From Chrysomallon squamiferum (lineage: Eukaryota; Animalia; Mollusca), in contig CM022674.1 in assembly GCA_012295275.1 (NCBI GenBank), positions 13,144,001-13,208,000 of the forward strand: a stretch of DNA of 64,000 bases, read 5' to 3'. The notes below the pieces were generated by a model. That model had not been told where the DNA came from. It made no database searches and saw only the letters and a program-made list of their open reading frames with translations. The position numbers and the translations under genes are program-made. This document shows positions 1-12,956 of the stretch, piece by piece. Numbering within the stretch: the first letter of the stretch is position 1; each line of letters starts with the position of its first letter.

Positions 1-333
1 AGTGTGTGTGTGTGTGCATGCATGCATGAATGAATGTGCATACATGCATGTGCACATATACAGGCATTTCTATAAGAATCTTTCACCAGTTTTTAATTTT
101 AAATTTAAACATGTCAGCTTCTTGAACAATGCATTTAGTAAATAAATAAAATAATAATAATAATAATAACCCACTAACAAAGAAAAAAGGTTTTATGAGA
201 AATGAAATGGTGACATAATGAACACATTTTAAAAAGTGGTGTTTAAATCTCAAAGGCTGTGGAGTTATGGAAAATGTATATCTGAATAGAAATTGTTTTT
301 TTTTAATATTTATAGTCTCAGGCACTGTCAGTT

Positions 334-382
<49 letters not shown>

Positions 383-473
383 AATACCTAAATAAAGCAA
401 ATAGAAAAGAATAAAAATGTCTAGTTGTTAAGTATCATGTTTTGACTGTATAATAAATAATACAGTGTTAATA

Positions 474-488
474 ACAATAATGATAATG

Positions 489-556
<68 letters not shown>

Positions 557-604
557 TTCAATTTTAATCATGATGATGTTGATGAGGATAATCATGATGA
601 TAAG
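474..604. repeat. (ATAATG)n/(ATG)n microsatellite
   Basis: Directly visible tandem ataatg units; explains the Ile/Met-rich ORFs. Confidence 0.9.
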
Positions 605-1427
605 ACATTTCCAAATGATACGTAGCTCCATAAATATTACCAAATCTTAATTTTAAAAATTTCTTTATCGCATAATGTTCACAAAATACTGAATGGACAA
701 AAAGAAACAACAAAAAAAAAAAAAACCTTTGTCATGAATAAATGTATGAAAAAGAATTATAATCTTTATACACTTGTTAATGAGCGGTTACATCAGACTG
801 CCATTGAAAAAAAAACTATACACTGAATCCATCATAAAAATAAAGCACATAATCACTGAGCTATTTTTACCATAACCTTTGTCTTAAAGAAGAAGAAGAG
901 GAAGAAAAAAATGTCTTGGACAAACTAAAGTATACATGATGAAGAACTTTGGTCAATCAATATATTCAAGAACAGACAAATATTCAAGTACTACTTATTT
1001 AACAGTGTTTTCCATATATCTCCCATTCACATATTGAATAAATTGCTGTATTCAACAGGACGTTTCATACCAGCCATTCATGTGTTGGATAATCACTATA
1101 ATTGAACAGAGCTTTCCTTGCTAACTATTCATATGCTGATCAAGACCTGCATTCAACAGTGTTATTTTTTTTCCTAGACCTACTATTCAAGTGTTGAATA
1201 CATTCTGTATGCGATGTTTTAAGGGAAAATAGATGTAAACAACAATGGAAGGTTTTTTAAAAAGAAGAAGAATCCAGAATTAACATGTCACCTAGTGACT
1301 TCACTTGTCTAGAGTACTTTTGTTGACTTACTTACTTACTAGTATCTTGATGTAATGATGATGTCATTACCCAGTAACATATTGATGTCTTTCCAAAGTG
1401 TGAGAACATATTTATTATTACTTTCCA

Positions 1428-1770
1428 GAGTATAGTGAAATGAAGTAGTACAGTAAAAATGAAGTAGTATAGTGAAATGAAGTAGTATAGTAAAAATGAA
1501 GTAGTATAGTGAAATGAAGTAGTAGAGTAAAAATGAAGTAGTATAGTGTGATGAAGTGGCACAGTTGAAATGAAGTAGTATAGTAAAATAGAGTAGTATA
1601 GTTTGATGAAGTAGTATTGTGAAATGAAGTACTCTAGTGAGATAAAGTAGTACAGTAAAATAAAGTAAAATAGTGAAATGAAGTAATGTAGTGAGATGGA
1701 GTAGTATAGTGAGATGAAGTAGTACAGTAAAAACGAAATAGTACTGTGAAATGAAGTAGTCTAGTAAAAT
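1428..1770. repeat. 18-bp minisatellite, consensus TAGTATAGTGAAATGAAG, roughly 18-19 diverging copies
   Basis: Repeated 'aaatgaagtagtatagtg' at 18-nt spacing; gives the 6-aa periodic ORFs (LLHFTI) at 1332-1821. Confidence 0.9.
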
Positions 1771-2405
1771 GGACTTGAGTAGTAAAACAACAGTGGAATA
1801 ATAAAACGGAATAAAAATCATTCAGTCACATCTCTTAACCAGTTTTACGAGAAACTTCATAAATTTTCAGCTTTGTTCCTTTTTCTTTTTTTTTTTTTTT
1901 TCTTTTTCTTTTTCTTTTTTACCATACAGCCAGGCTGTTTTAAACATTGATTGCAGAAAAATATCAGTTGAAGAAAATTGAATTTATTTTTCGCTGGGTG
2001 ATAAAGCAAATAAAAATCTGTGTAACTCTTTTCTGCTTGATTAGTCGGCGATTTCGTTCCGCTTCGCCGCTTTCTCTGTTCACCCAGTGAGTTAATAAGT
2101 GATAGGTGAGGGGCGCACGACCCTGAACATATTTCACTGTTTATTCAACAAATAAAGCTTTTATTTTTTCCTTGGTTGCCATGGCCACAGCTCCGTGACT
2201 ACAGTGAGGAGGACATGTCAGAAGAAAACTAAGTGTGGTGGTATTTTGCAGAGAGAAGACAGGTGCTATGAAACAGAAAACAAAACAAAATTTTTGAATT
2301 TTGTTGTTTTTGTTGTGAAAGAAATAGTTGGGGGGGGGTTTTTTTCTTTTTTTTCTGGGATGTTACAGAAATGGCAGAGAAGAGAGAGAAAAGAATTGGT
2401 AAGAA

Positions 2406-2474
2406 AGAGGAAGAAGGGAGAGAGAGAGGAGAGGAGAGGGGGAAAAAAAGACAGAGAAAGAAAAAGAGAGAAGG

Positions 2475-2560
<86 letters not shown>
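2406..2560. repeat. Polypurine tract ending in (GA)n
   Basis: Directly visible. Confidence 0.9.
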
Positions 2561-2563
<3 letters not shown>

Positions 2564-3199
2564 TTGAGGAATAAAAACAAAAATAAAATAAACAGTTTAA
2601 AAGAAAAAGTAAAATAAAAATAAAATGTAATAAACTAGAAAGTTTCAGCAGTTTTCAGAGAAAGAAGGAAATGTAAACACAGACAGACAGACAGACATAC
2701 AGACACACAGACATAGAGAATCACTTGAGCAGAAGGATTACTCATATCTTTTCTTTTCAGAGCTTTTTAGAATGTAATAAAGAAGCAGTAAATATGATTT
2801 AATCACCTGTGAAAAATCTATTGATGTTTGCTCGCCCGTGATTCAGGTAGAATCCTAAGTCATGACTTCATCAAGGTGATTTATTTTTTTTCCTCAATTT
2901 TTTTTTTTTAAACTCATCTGACATGTACTTTAAAACATATTTATCTTGTAACCACCAAACAGGCATGATTCGAACTGTGTGTTTGTACCAAACACAACCA
3001 AATGTTAACCAAACTACAGGGTGTCCCATAAGTTGCCACAGATATGGTTTCATCTCGAGCAATGTATCACCAACGCCATTACCGGCTCAACTCCAGCTGT
3101 GCTTGAATGTGTTCTTCAGTCATGTAGAGCATATTACATAAATAAAAATGTTTATTTTTTCCTATGTGTGGAGTTTTTATGGGTCACCCTGTAGAGTTG

Positions 3200-3470
3200 A
3201 AGGAAACCAGTAATTAAAAACTCTTTATTTGTGCCAGATTGAACCAAACTCTACTGATGATTCAAATTCCCTAACTGAATTGGTGATTCAAATTCCTTAC
3301 CTTAACCAAACTGTACCAAAACTCTACCATCGATTTAAATTTCCTGTTTTTATCAAACTGTAGTGAAAAGAACCAGCGATTCAAATTTCCTGTCTTAACT
3401 AGACTGTAGTAAAAGGAACCAGTAATTCAAACTCCCACTGAAGACTGTGAATTGTACCAGAAAGAACCAC
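3200..3470. repeat. Degenerate tandem repeat (~45-60 bp) with recurring 'gattcaaatt(t)cc' and 'aaactgta..aaa' motifs
   Basis: gattcaaatt-like motif near 3259, 3285, 3332, 3378 and 3424. Confidence 0.6.
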
Positions 3471-3772
3471 AATGAAACAAAACCTGCTTGGCTGTTCTAG
3501 CTTGTAGCCTGGCAAACAATTCTCTGCACAGACAATAAATAAGTGATGCCAGGTTTTCACTTGTACAGTTTACAGGTGTTTTCTTCTTTTTTTTTTTTTT
3601 GTAACCCTGACCCACTACTGGTGGGAGGAGGCATTCACTGGGTGTGTCTGTTAAAAAAGTCAAAAACTGTCTAAATATAAGAATACATTTGATGTTTAAG
3701 AACAAAAAAGTTGAAATATTGAACACAAGTGGTCAAAGCTGTATAATAACCATTTTTGCCTGGCTGGTATTT

Positions 3773-4675
3773 GCTAAGTTACAATAATAGAGACATTTTG
3801 ATGTAATCTCTAAACAAAATGTTCAGTCTAGTGATATCTGTATTTTCTATTGAAACCGGTAATGTTAGTGTCACTTTTATCAGTTAAACCAGGGTTCAGG
3901 TATATTTTGAATCTCAATATTTATTACAAATGGTAGAAGTTTTAGTTACAATAATAATTATAGACATTTTGTCATTGTTTGGTGTTATCTAGATTTCCTA
4001 TTGAAATACTGATAGTTTGTTCAGGTGTGTTTTGAATCTATTTATATTTCTTACAAATGGTAGCAGATTAGATGTACAGATATTTTGATATGATCACTAA
4101 CATTTTTGTCATTGTTTGGTGATGTCTGTGTTTTCCAGTAAAACAGTCACTGACAATGTTGTCGAATAAATCTTTTAAATAAAGCTGTAATTAAAACTAT
4201 TTTTATTTTATTTAGTTAATAATGATTTAATAACATGTTGTTATTGATGTCTTCATTTTAATATAGCCAATCATATCTAAATTTGTTTTCCAGTGAAATA
4301 AGCACACATACTGATATACATAAATCTTGTACTAAATAAAAATATACATCATTTTAGTTTAGTTAATAAAGATTTACTAACATGCTGATATTGATGTCTT
4401 TATTTTAATATAGTCAGTGATATCTAAATTTTGTTTTCCAGTAAAATAAACACAGATAAAGTTATCTAGTAAATCTTTCATCAGTTAGTTTCCAGTTGGT
4501 GAGCAAATTGTCTGATTTTATTTTTTATTATGCAAGATCTCAATCTCTGTGTTATTAATATCAGCGTATTTCTGTAACTGCGTGCAGGTGGATATCATAG
4601 CAGTACATTTTGATAATGTCTTTCCATGCATGAGTATTCGTTTGTATGTATGTTGGTGTATTTGAGTGTGTGTGT

Positions 4676-4769
<94 letters not shown>

Positions 4770-4789
4770 CAGAGAGGAAGAGAGAGATA

Positions 4790-4868
<79 letters not shown>
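3773..4868 (+). repeat. Dispersed non-coding repeat, copy A (internally repetitive subunits, ending in a (TG)n(AG)n tract); possibly a non-autonomous element relic
   Basis: Reverse-complement match to 26318-27220, e.g. 4445 'aataaacacagataaagttatctagtaaatctttcatcagttagtttccagtt' vs 'aactggaaactaactgatgaaagatttactagataactttatctgtgtttatt' starting at 26504. Boundaries approximate. Confidence 0.85.
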
Positions 4869-4869
<1 letters not shown>

Positions 4870-4907
4870 TAATTATACTTCATATGTGTGTGTCCCTGTA
4901 ATGTGGA

Positions 4908-4944
<37 letters not shown>

Positions 4945-4965
4945 CATACATGTGTGCATGTGTGT

Positions 4966-4979
4966 GTTGCTATGGTAAC
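4966..4979. promoter_or_regulatory. RFX X-box-like palindrome GTTGCTATGGTAAC
   Basis: Close match to the RFX site GTTGCCATGGCAAC; followed by CpG-containing unique sequence with CCAATCAG at ~5184. Function not demonstrated. Confidence 0.4.
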
Positions 4980-5779
4980 ACGGAAACCCTGGCATTGTTT
5001 TAGAAAAATTACGATGTTTAAATTTTTTACACCAGTGTGGTTCTACGACGACACGAACTTCTATTTGTACGAGCGTCGTCTCAATAACTGACATTTATCA
5101 ATAAACATTTGCAGTAAATTATTTTTATTTCCGAGTAGGGACACAGATTTCAGTTAAGATATTTCACGAACTGAGTATTCGAACCAATCAGCGGAAATAC
5201 GCGGAGTGTGGCCGCTATCTCCATCAGCATTCCACGGAGCTCCTTCTTTATGATTTAACACTGACCCCAGCCAGACAAACAGACACATTCAGTTTTATTA
5301 GATACTGCATCGGGGAATTTTGTTTACAAATGATAAAAGATTCGGCGTAATTCATTTTATAACTCTGTCTGATATTTGAGTACTTTGTGCTCTTTATTTC
5401 TGCTGGACAGACGAAAAGATTGACGGACAGACAGACAGACAAGATGTATGGATGTAATTTTTCTTACAAAAACGCTGAGTTTTATTTGCTATTGGGAAGT
5501 TGCACACACAATGTAATTGTCTTTTCCTGTATTCTGAATTTAAAAAATTTTTTTTTTTTTTTTTTTTTATCATTATAAATAGACAGACACCTGGGGGAGG
5601 GAGAGAAATGTCCTGTTATCAAATAATAACTTTTTTATTACATCTGGTGAATATCACTGATATGAAACAGACGGGCAGGGAATTGGTGTGTGTTACCCCA
5701 GCATGGAGATTAATAAAATAATGATATTGTATACATACTGTTGTTGTAAACTGTAATATTTACGCCAGTGATATTTAAT

Positions 5780-6565
5780 ATTCAAGCCAGTAAGGTCCAG
5801 TTTACACAACTGTAACTTGTTGAAAGCCACCAAGCCATTACCCACAAGCCATTAAGCTGTAACATACAAGCCAGTGAAGTAACATACAAATGTAAACCAC
5901 CAAGCCATTACATTGAGCTCTATAAAAACACAAGCCAGTAAGCTGTAACATACAAGCCAGTGAGCTGTATGTAACATACAAACCACCAAGCCGTTACATT
6001 GAGCTGTATAAAAACACAAGCTGTAACATACAAGCCAGTGAGCTGTATGTAACATATAAACCACCAAGCTGTTACATTGAGCTGTGTAAGCTTTAAGCTT
6101 TAACATACAAGCCAGTGAGTTGCATGTAACATACAAACCACCAAGCCGTTACATGTTACTGTATAAAAACGCATGTCAGAGATAATAAGACAGCTGTAAC
6201 AGTACAAGCCTGTGTGACATGTTGTGTATAAAAACACAAGTAACATATAAACAGCCAGTGTGAGTGTGCACTGTGCTGACATGTTACTGTTACAAGTCTT
6301 GAGCTATAAGACAGCTGTTTGTGAGTGTGCACTTTGACATGTTACTGTATAAAAACACAAGTCAGAGAGGTATAAGACAGCTGTAACAGTGTGAGTGTGC
6401 ACTGTGCTGACATGTTACTGTATAAAAACACAAGTCAGAGAGGTATAAGACAGCTGTAACAGTGTGAGTGTGCACTGTGCTGACATGTTACTGTATAAAA
6501 AACACAAGTCTGTGAGGTATAAGACAGCTGTAACAGTGTGAGTGTGCACTGTGCTGACATGTTGT
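5780..6565. repeat. Compound minisatellite: 'aacatacaagccagtgagctgt/aaccaccaagcc' units grading into a 73-74 bp tandem unit
   Basis: 'cagctgtaacagtgtgagtgtgcactgtgctgacatgtt' at 6378, 6451 and 6525; shorter related units at 5860-6170. Confidence 0.9.
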
Positions 6566-6755
6566 TTTCATCTGGCTGGACAGGACGATGCTGTGAATTA
6601 ATCAATAGTTCTCAGAATTATTCCGTTATTCAGCCCCGTGGATCCTTCTGTTTGACTGACAGCATCGTTTTGACAACGCAGGTTTTGTGTTGTGCAGCAA
6701 AATAAAACACTGTCAGCACTGGATGGGTGGCAGGGAGCTTTTAGTTAGTGTTTAG

Positions 6756-6795
<40 letters not shown>

Positions 6796-6940
6796 AACAC
6801 CGATGATGATGTTAGTTATTATGATAGTGATGGTGATAGTGATATTCAGAATTATGGTTATGTTGTTGATGATGATGGAAATGATAATGATGATGAGTAT
6901 GATGATGATGAGTATGATGATGATGATGATGATGATAATA
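6756..6940. repeat. Imperfect (GAT)n microsatellite
   Basis: Directly visible; explains the poly-Asp/Met/His ORFs. Confidence 0.9.
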
Positions 6941-7819
6941 GATGAATTGTTTTCTGAAGGTAAACTCGTTCAGTACAGTATAATCACCACCTTGTCTCTG
7001 ATAATTCAAATGATTATAGCTTACTGATTGGACAAGACACAATTTGCTAGAAATGTTCATACCAGACAATTTAATTGATTATTATTATTTATTTTTTTAT
7101 TATGTTACCACAGCAAGCATGCTTGAACCATGAATAGTTTGTAAGCATGTCTGTGATGGTTATTTGAAATGATTACAACTCAGTCTTTGACCAGAGACGA
7201 ATCTCTTCAAATCTTGCTGCCAATTTGTCAGTTCATCCATTTGTCAGTTAGTGTTCAGCCCAGGAGTCCACATCATATTGTTTCCTTTTTCTTTTCTTTT
7301 TTTCTTTTCTTTTTTCCTCATCTGTCACACTTTCGTAAATGCTATCACCTCATCTTGAAGATAAATGTCACGGTTGATGATTTTATGCCTCAATTCAGGC
7401 CTCGGTTGATGCTTCAGTTGTCAGCATTCATCCTTTCTCCCCCCACCCCGACCTTCTTTTGTTCACCTGGTCAGTGATGACCGCGTGGACAGTGGCAATA
7501 ACGAGGACATTTTCTACGGCCTTTCAATAAAACAAAATGTCAAAGGAAGCCCACTGTTCTTTTTATTTCTTTCTTTTCTTCATTCTGATGGTGATCTTCA
7601 TTGTTTTGGTTTTTTTTTTTTGCTTCATCCTGTGATAGGGTAATTGAACTCTTGAAAGGTCTGTGTCGTCGTTGATTGCTCAGGTAAAACGAGGTGTGAT
7701 TCACGACACAGACAGGTGTGGGGGGAGGGACAGGTAAAGGTGTGGTGTTGTTAGCGCACACAACACCGGAGACGTCCACGCGAAGAAAGACTTTTGTCCA
7801 AAATGTTGATGGTCACTGC

Positions 7820-8350
7820 CAAATTTAGATTATCTAATTTTCTTTTAATCTGCGGTTTAAGTGGATAATAATGATATGCTTTATATTTGGTTTCACTCTC
7901 CAGGTGCCTTAATAATCCAATTCAATTATCCTATTTTATTTTAAGCTATAATTTAATTGGATAATGATATGCCCTATATTTGGTTCAGTTCTCCAGGTGT
8001 GTTAATAATCCAATCAAATTATCCTATTTTATTTTCACATCTCGTTTAATTTGATAATAGTGTGTCTGTTTTGGGTTTGCCTGTCCAGGTGTAATCATAA
8101 TCCAATTAGATCATATAATTTTATTTTAATTCACGTTTTAACGATGTGTCCTATATTCGGTTTCATTGTCCAGGTGTGTTAATAATTCAGTTCACTCATC
8201 CTATTCCATTTTGATTGATGGTTTAATTTGAATAATGATGCATCTATTTTTGGTTTGACTCTTCAGGTATATTCATAGTCAAATTGGTTTATCCAATGTC
8301 ATTTTAATCCAAGGCATTAACTGCAAAATGATATGTCTTGCATTTAGTTT
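7820..8350. repeat. Degenerate ~90-bp tandem repeat, 5-6 copies
   Basis: 'tccaggtgtgttaataatccaat...atcctattttatttt' recurs near 7899, 7992, 8084, 8169 and 8262. Confidence 0.8.
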
Positions 8351-9807
8351 GCCCATCTGGTTTGTTAATTCATTATAATTGCAGTTATTAATATTCTGTA
8401 TATAATGTGTCATGCAATTAGCATATTTAAATAAGTTCTCTTTGAAAGCATATATGGAGATGATACATTGATCTAAATTTAGATAGATTAAATCTTTTTA
8501 ATCACTGTTAGAAGTAGATAATAATAAAATTCATCTGTGAATAGTGAGGTTGTTAATAATGAGAATGTGATAATGTTTATGCAAGTTTTTTTTTTTTTTT
8601 TATAAATTTACCTGGAAAAGTGGTGTATGAATAATGGATCACATTTTAAAATTAATTTAATGTTCACACGTGAAGTGGTTTTTAGGTAAATACCATTAAA
8701 AAGAAAATCTTTGAAGCATGTTATTGAAAATGAAAAAAAAAAAAAAAAAAATGATTTAAAAAATGTAGAAATGGAAATGAGAGTGAAATTTAGCCTGTGT
8801 AGATTTGAAATTTGTTTTTATGATATCATAATAAACAGTCTTTGAATGAACTGGTGAATATGTTAACAAGATATTTTTATTTTAAGTTTATTTTAATAAT
8901 TTTGTATTAAGTAGAGGTAAATGAACATTTTATTTCTTTTTATTTGTTTTTCATTATCAGTATTGTTTATTTAATTTTAATTTAAAAAAAAAGTTTTAAA
9001 ACATTTTTAATTTTTTGAATTTTAATATTGCTTTTTAATTTCATAATTTTTATTTCATTATTATTTTATTATTTTATTTTATCTTATATCTCTTGTATTT
9101 TAATTAATTTTTGTAGTTTTCTCTTCCTTTATTTTTTGTTCAATATATTTTTATTTTTATTTATTTTTTTTTTGAAAAATTTATTTAACCATTTTTTTTC
9201 ACATTTATTTTTACTGTTTTTTTATTTTTTTTTTTTTTTGTTGAAAATTTTTGATGACATTTGATAACTAACAATCATCTTGTGAAAACTGTCTGAAAGT
9301 GACTTGGAAATGTATTGATTAATCTGCAGTACACTTGTACTGCACTGACAGAAGTTAACAAAACTTGATACTGCATTTAACAGGATTCACTGGGAACCTG
9401 GAGTATGGTAGTTTAATCACTAGCGTTATAACACTGATATATAATGGCCGTTGATTAATAGTCTGCAAGAGTTCTTTTTGCAAATAGATATTGCTTTGTA
9501 TAGTAAGGTGGGAGGGAAGAGTGGGGGAGGGAGGGAGGGAGGGTGAGAGAGAGAGAGAGAAAGAGAGGAAAACAAAGAAGAAAAACAAATATGGGAAAAA
9601 GAAAACGGGAAGAGATCATGAACATCATTATCTTCATCATTATCATCATTATCATCATTATTATCATTATCTTTTTTTTCTTTTTCTTCTTTTTGTGTGT
9701 TGTGTGTTTTAACATTAAAATTATTCCATATATTACCTTCCTTGATAAGCCTGGATGTCACAGATCTGTGTATAGTTTACTGATGTTTTGTGTTTGTTTT
9801 CTTTCAG

Positions 9808-9905
9808 TTGTTTTGCTGGATACAAAAAAGTCACAGAGATTAGGATGGACTACTAAGATAGTGGCACAAACACCCAACCCAGACATCAATGGAGAGAACC
9901 AGGGG
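9808..9905 (+). CDS. Eph: Eph receptor tyrosine kinase, internal exon (equivalent to vertebrate exon 2), N-terminus of the ephrin ligand-binding domain
   Basis: Pyrimidine-rich acceptor (tgtttgttttctttcAG, AG at 9806-9807) and donor GTAAGT at 9906. Translates (x)VLLDTKKSQRLGWTTKIVAQTPNPDINGENQG, matching the Eph 'vLLDt...eLgW...G|W' motif. Phase 1 in, phase 0 out, joining in frame to TGG (W) at 50362. Confidence 0.88.
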
Positions 9906-9960
9906 GTAAGTGCTTGTTTCATACATTTTATATCACACACTTACACAGATGTGTGGTACG

Positions 9961-10338
9961 TATTCAGTATTCTATATGAGTTATAACATAAACTTGTATT
10001 AATAGATCACCACATGGAAAACACAAATTCACTCTCTGACACAAACATGTACACACAATACACACTGACACACAGACAATATAAAACAGTATTCAGTATT
10101 ATATATGAGTTATAACATAAACTTGTATTAATAGATCACCACATGGAAAACACAAATTCACTCTCTGACACAAACATGTACACACAATACACACTGACAC
10201 ACAGACAATATAAAACAGTACATATATGAGTTATAACATAAACTTGTATTAATAGATCACCACATGGAAAACACAAATTCACTCTCTGACACAAACATGT
10301 TCACACAATTCACACTGACACACAGACAATATAAAACA
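9961..10338. repeat. Three near-identical tandem copies of a 121-129 bp unit, 55 nt downstream of the Eph donor at 9906
   Basis: 'atatgagttataacataaacttgtattaatagatcaccacatggaaaacacaaattcactctctgacacaaacatgt' occurs three times, at spacings of 129 and 121. Confidence 0.95.
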
Positions 10339-10680
10339 CATGCCACAAACTCGTATACACATACATATATACATACAATATACACACAGCATATACAGGC
10401 TTATACTCAATACACAGACACACACACACACACACACACACACGCACGCACACACACACACACACACACACATACAGATAAGCTCATGTACACTAGTTTC
10501 ATTTGTCAACTGTTTTCATGTATTAGCACTCTTATCAAGTTACTGAAGTGTTTTATGTAACAGAGTCCTGATAACCTGTTTGTTACTCGAATGTTTGACA
10601 ATTAGTCACAAGTAAGTGGTCACTTCCCTCCACTGACCTTCATACTGACCACTACTCTCATTTCAGCTGCTGCTTATATA

Positions 10681-10705
10681 ACTGATACATTTTAATACAC
10701 ACTGA

Positions 10706-10737
<32 letters not shown>

Positions 10738-10779
10738 TCTCACTGATACAGTATCAGTATACACAGTAAGAATGACATG

Positions 10780-10826
<47 letters not shown>

Positions 10827-10872
10827 TCTCACTGATACAGTATCAGTATACACAGTTAGTAAGAATGACATG

Positions 10873-10907
<35 letters not shown>

Positions 10908-10959
10908 TCTACTGATACAGATACAGTATCAGTATACACAGTTAGTAAGAATGACATGA

Positions 10960-10990
<31 letters not shown>

Positions 10991-11040
10991 CACTGATACA
11001 GTATCAGTATACATTACACACAGTTAGTAAGAATGACATG

Positions 11041-11073
<33 letters not shown>

Positions 11074-11375
11074 TCTCACTGATACAGTATCAGTATACAT
11101 TACACACAGTTAGTAAGAATGACATGAACACACACACACACACACACACACACATTCTCACTGATACAGTATCAGTATACATTACACACAGTTAGTAAGA
11201 ATGACATGAACACACACACACACACAGACACACATTCTCACTGATACAGTATCAGTATACATTACACACAGTTAGTAAGAATGACATGAACACACACACA
11301 CACACACACAGACACACACTCTAACTCATACAGTATCAGTATACATTACACACAGTTAGTAAGAATGACATGAGC
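10681..11375. repeat. Tandem array (~8 units) of a constant ~50-bp palindrome-containing unit separated by variable-length (CA)n
   Basis: 'ttctcACTGATACaGTATCAGTatacattacacacagttagtaagaatgacatga' followed by (AC)n; palindromes at about 10742, 10831, 10911, 10992, 11078, 11160, 11240 and 11324. Confidence 0.95.
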
Positions 11376-11693
11376 AAAGAGCTGCCTCTCTTATCAGTTG
11401 TTTGAACTGGAAGTGCTGTGTAATGGTTTTTAAGTGCAGGTCTGTTCTGCTTGTTAACACAACAAGCTGTTTTATGCAGGCAGAGAAACAATCATCAACA
11501 TGTGTTTTGCACCTGTCAGTTTATCATTAGCTCTCTCTCTCTGTGTCATTTTCCGAATCATTATCTCCCTTTTCACTTTTTTCTTTTGTCTCTTTTTCAT
11601 TGTTACTGTGTGTATTTTCACATCTCTTTTCTTCTCAGTATCAATCTTTGACTCTTTATTTTTCTCTTTTATGTGTGTGTATGTGTGTGTGTG

Positions 11694-11735
<42 letters not shown>

Positions 11736-12818
11736 TTCTTCTCTATATATTCTCTGTGACTATGTTACTGTCTTATGAATACATCCAAGTAAAGATTTGA
11801 GTCTGTCATTCTGTGTGTCTTGATATAATCCAAACAATTAACTTGTTCTAAAAAGGATCTGTTGACATTCACATATTTTCAATCATAATATTTTTTTAAA
11901 GAAATAAATTCTGTGAAACTATTCTAGATTTAAATTCTGTTTACACTAAATTGGTCTAACTCTCGTATTCTTTAAAACACATCCAGGCAAATTGGTCAGA
12001 AACAGGTGGAACATTTCATATCCACTAACGTTTGTAGAACCCAGGTTGAAATGGATTTAAACAGTTAAACTAACAGGTTCCAAACAGATATCCAGTAAAC
12101 TAAATAAATCTAACAAAATACAGAATACTGTTCCAAAATAGACCTTCTGGTTTCTCTAGACTGATTTTATTCCAAATAGAATTCCAGTATAATTTAGATA
12201 CACCAAATAAATCCAATATAGTTTCTAGACCACTGATCCAAACAGACCTTCTGACTTCCAGTCAGTGTTTCAAATAGATTCTAAACATTTGTACCACTAA
12301 CACAACTCAATGCCAAAATAACCGTCTGATTTTTCTAGACCCCAGTTATTCCAAATATACTTCCATTAAATTAATCTGACTTAGCTTTTCTAGAAGCCAG
12401 CACCAAACGGACATCTATTCAGAGTGCATTGCACTGTGCTGGCAACATCACATTTTGTCTGTTCAGCTCAGAGGCTTGAAGCCAGCCAGCTTGTTCTGGC
12501 TGCTCTAAGCCAGGTATTATGTGAAGTGTTGATAGACATGATTGCTTGGGGAAATATCAATCAAGAAGTGAGAACAACATCAGTATCTTCACAGTGCCCA
12601 CCCTGACTGTCCCCCCCCAGTCCCCCCCCGTCCGCTGTACTTCCTGCGGTGCTGGTCAGCTGTGGATTATGTAAACACTAGGACTGTGCTTGTGACAACA
12701 TCGCCACGGAAACCGAGCCTGCAGATAGCCAACAGAACTCTTTTGTGATGTAAGGCTGGAAAGTGGTTTTTGTAATGGAATTCGAAAGTACTTAGTGTGT
12801 GTTTTAGCTTGTGAACTG

Positions 12819-12821
<3 letters not shown>

Positions 12822-12917
<96 letters not shown>

Positions 12918-12924
12918 AGAGAAT

Positions 12925-12956
<32 letters not shown>
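12822..12956. repeat. Compound (TG)n(AG)n microsatellite
   Basis: Directly visible. Confidence 0.9.

Noticed and set aside
1-9807. First coding (signal peptide) exon of the Eph gene
   Set aside because: I could not identify an ATG-initiated hydrophobic segment ending in a phase-1 donor; it probably lies upstream of the window.
10681-11375. CRISPR-like pattern of palindromic repeats with variable spacers
   Set aside because: The spacers are only (CA)n of varying length, there are no cas genes, and the context is a eukaryotic intron.
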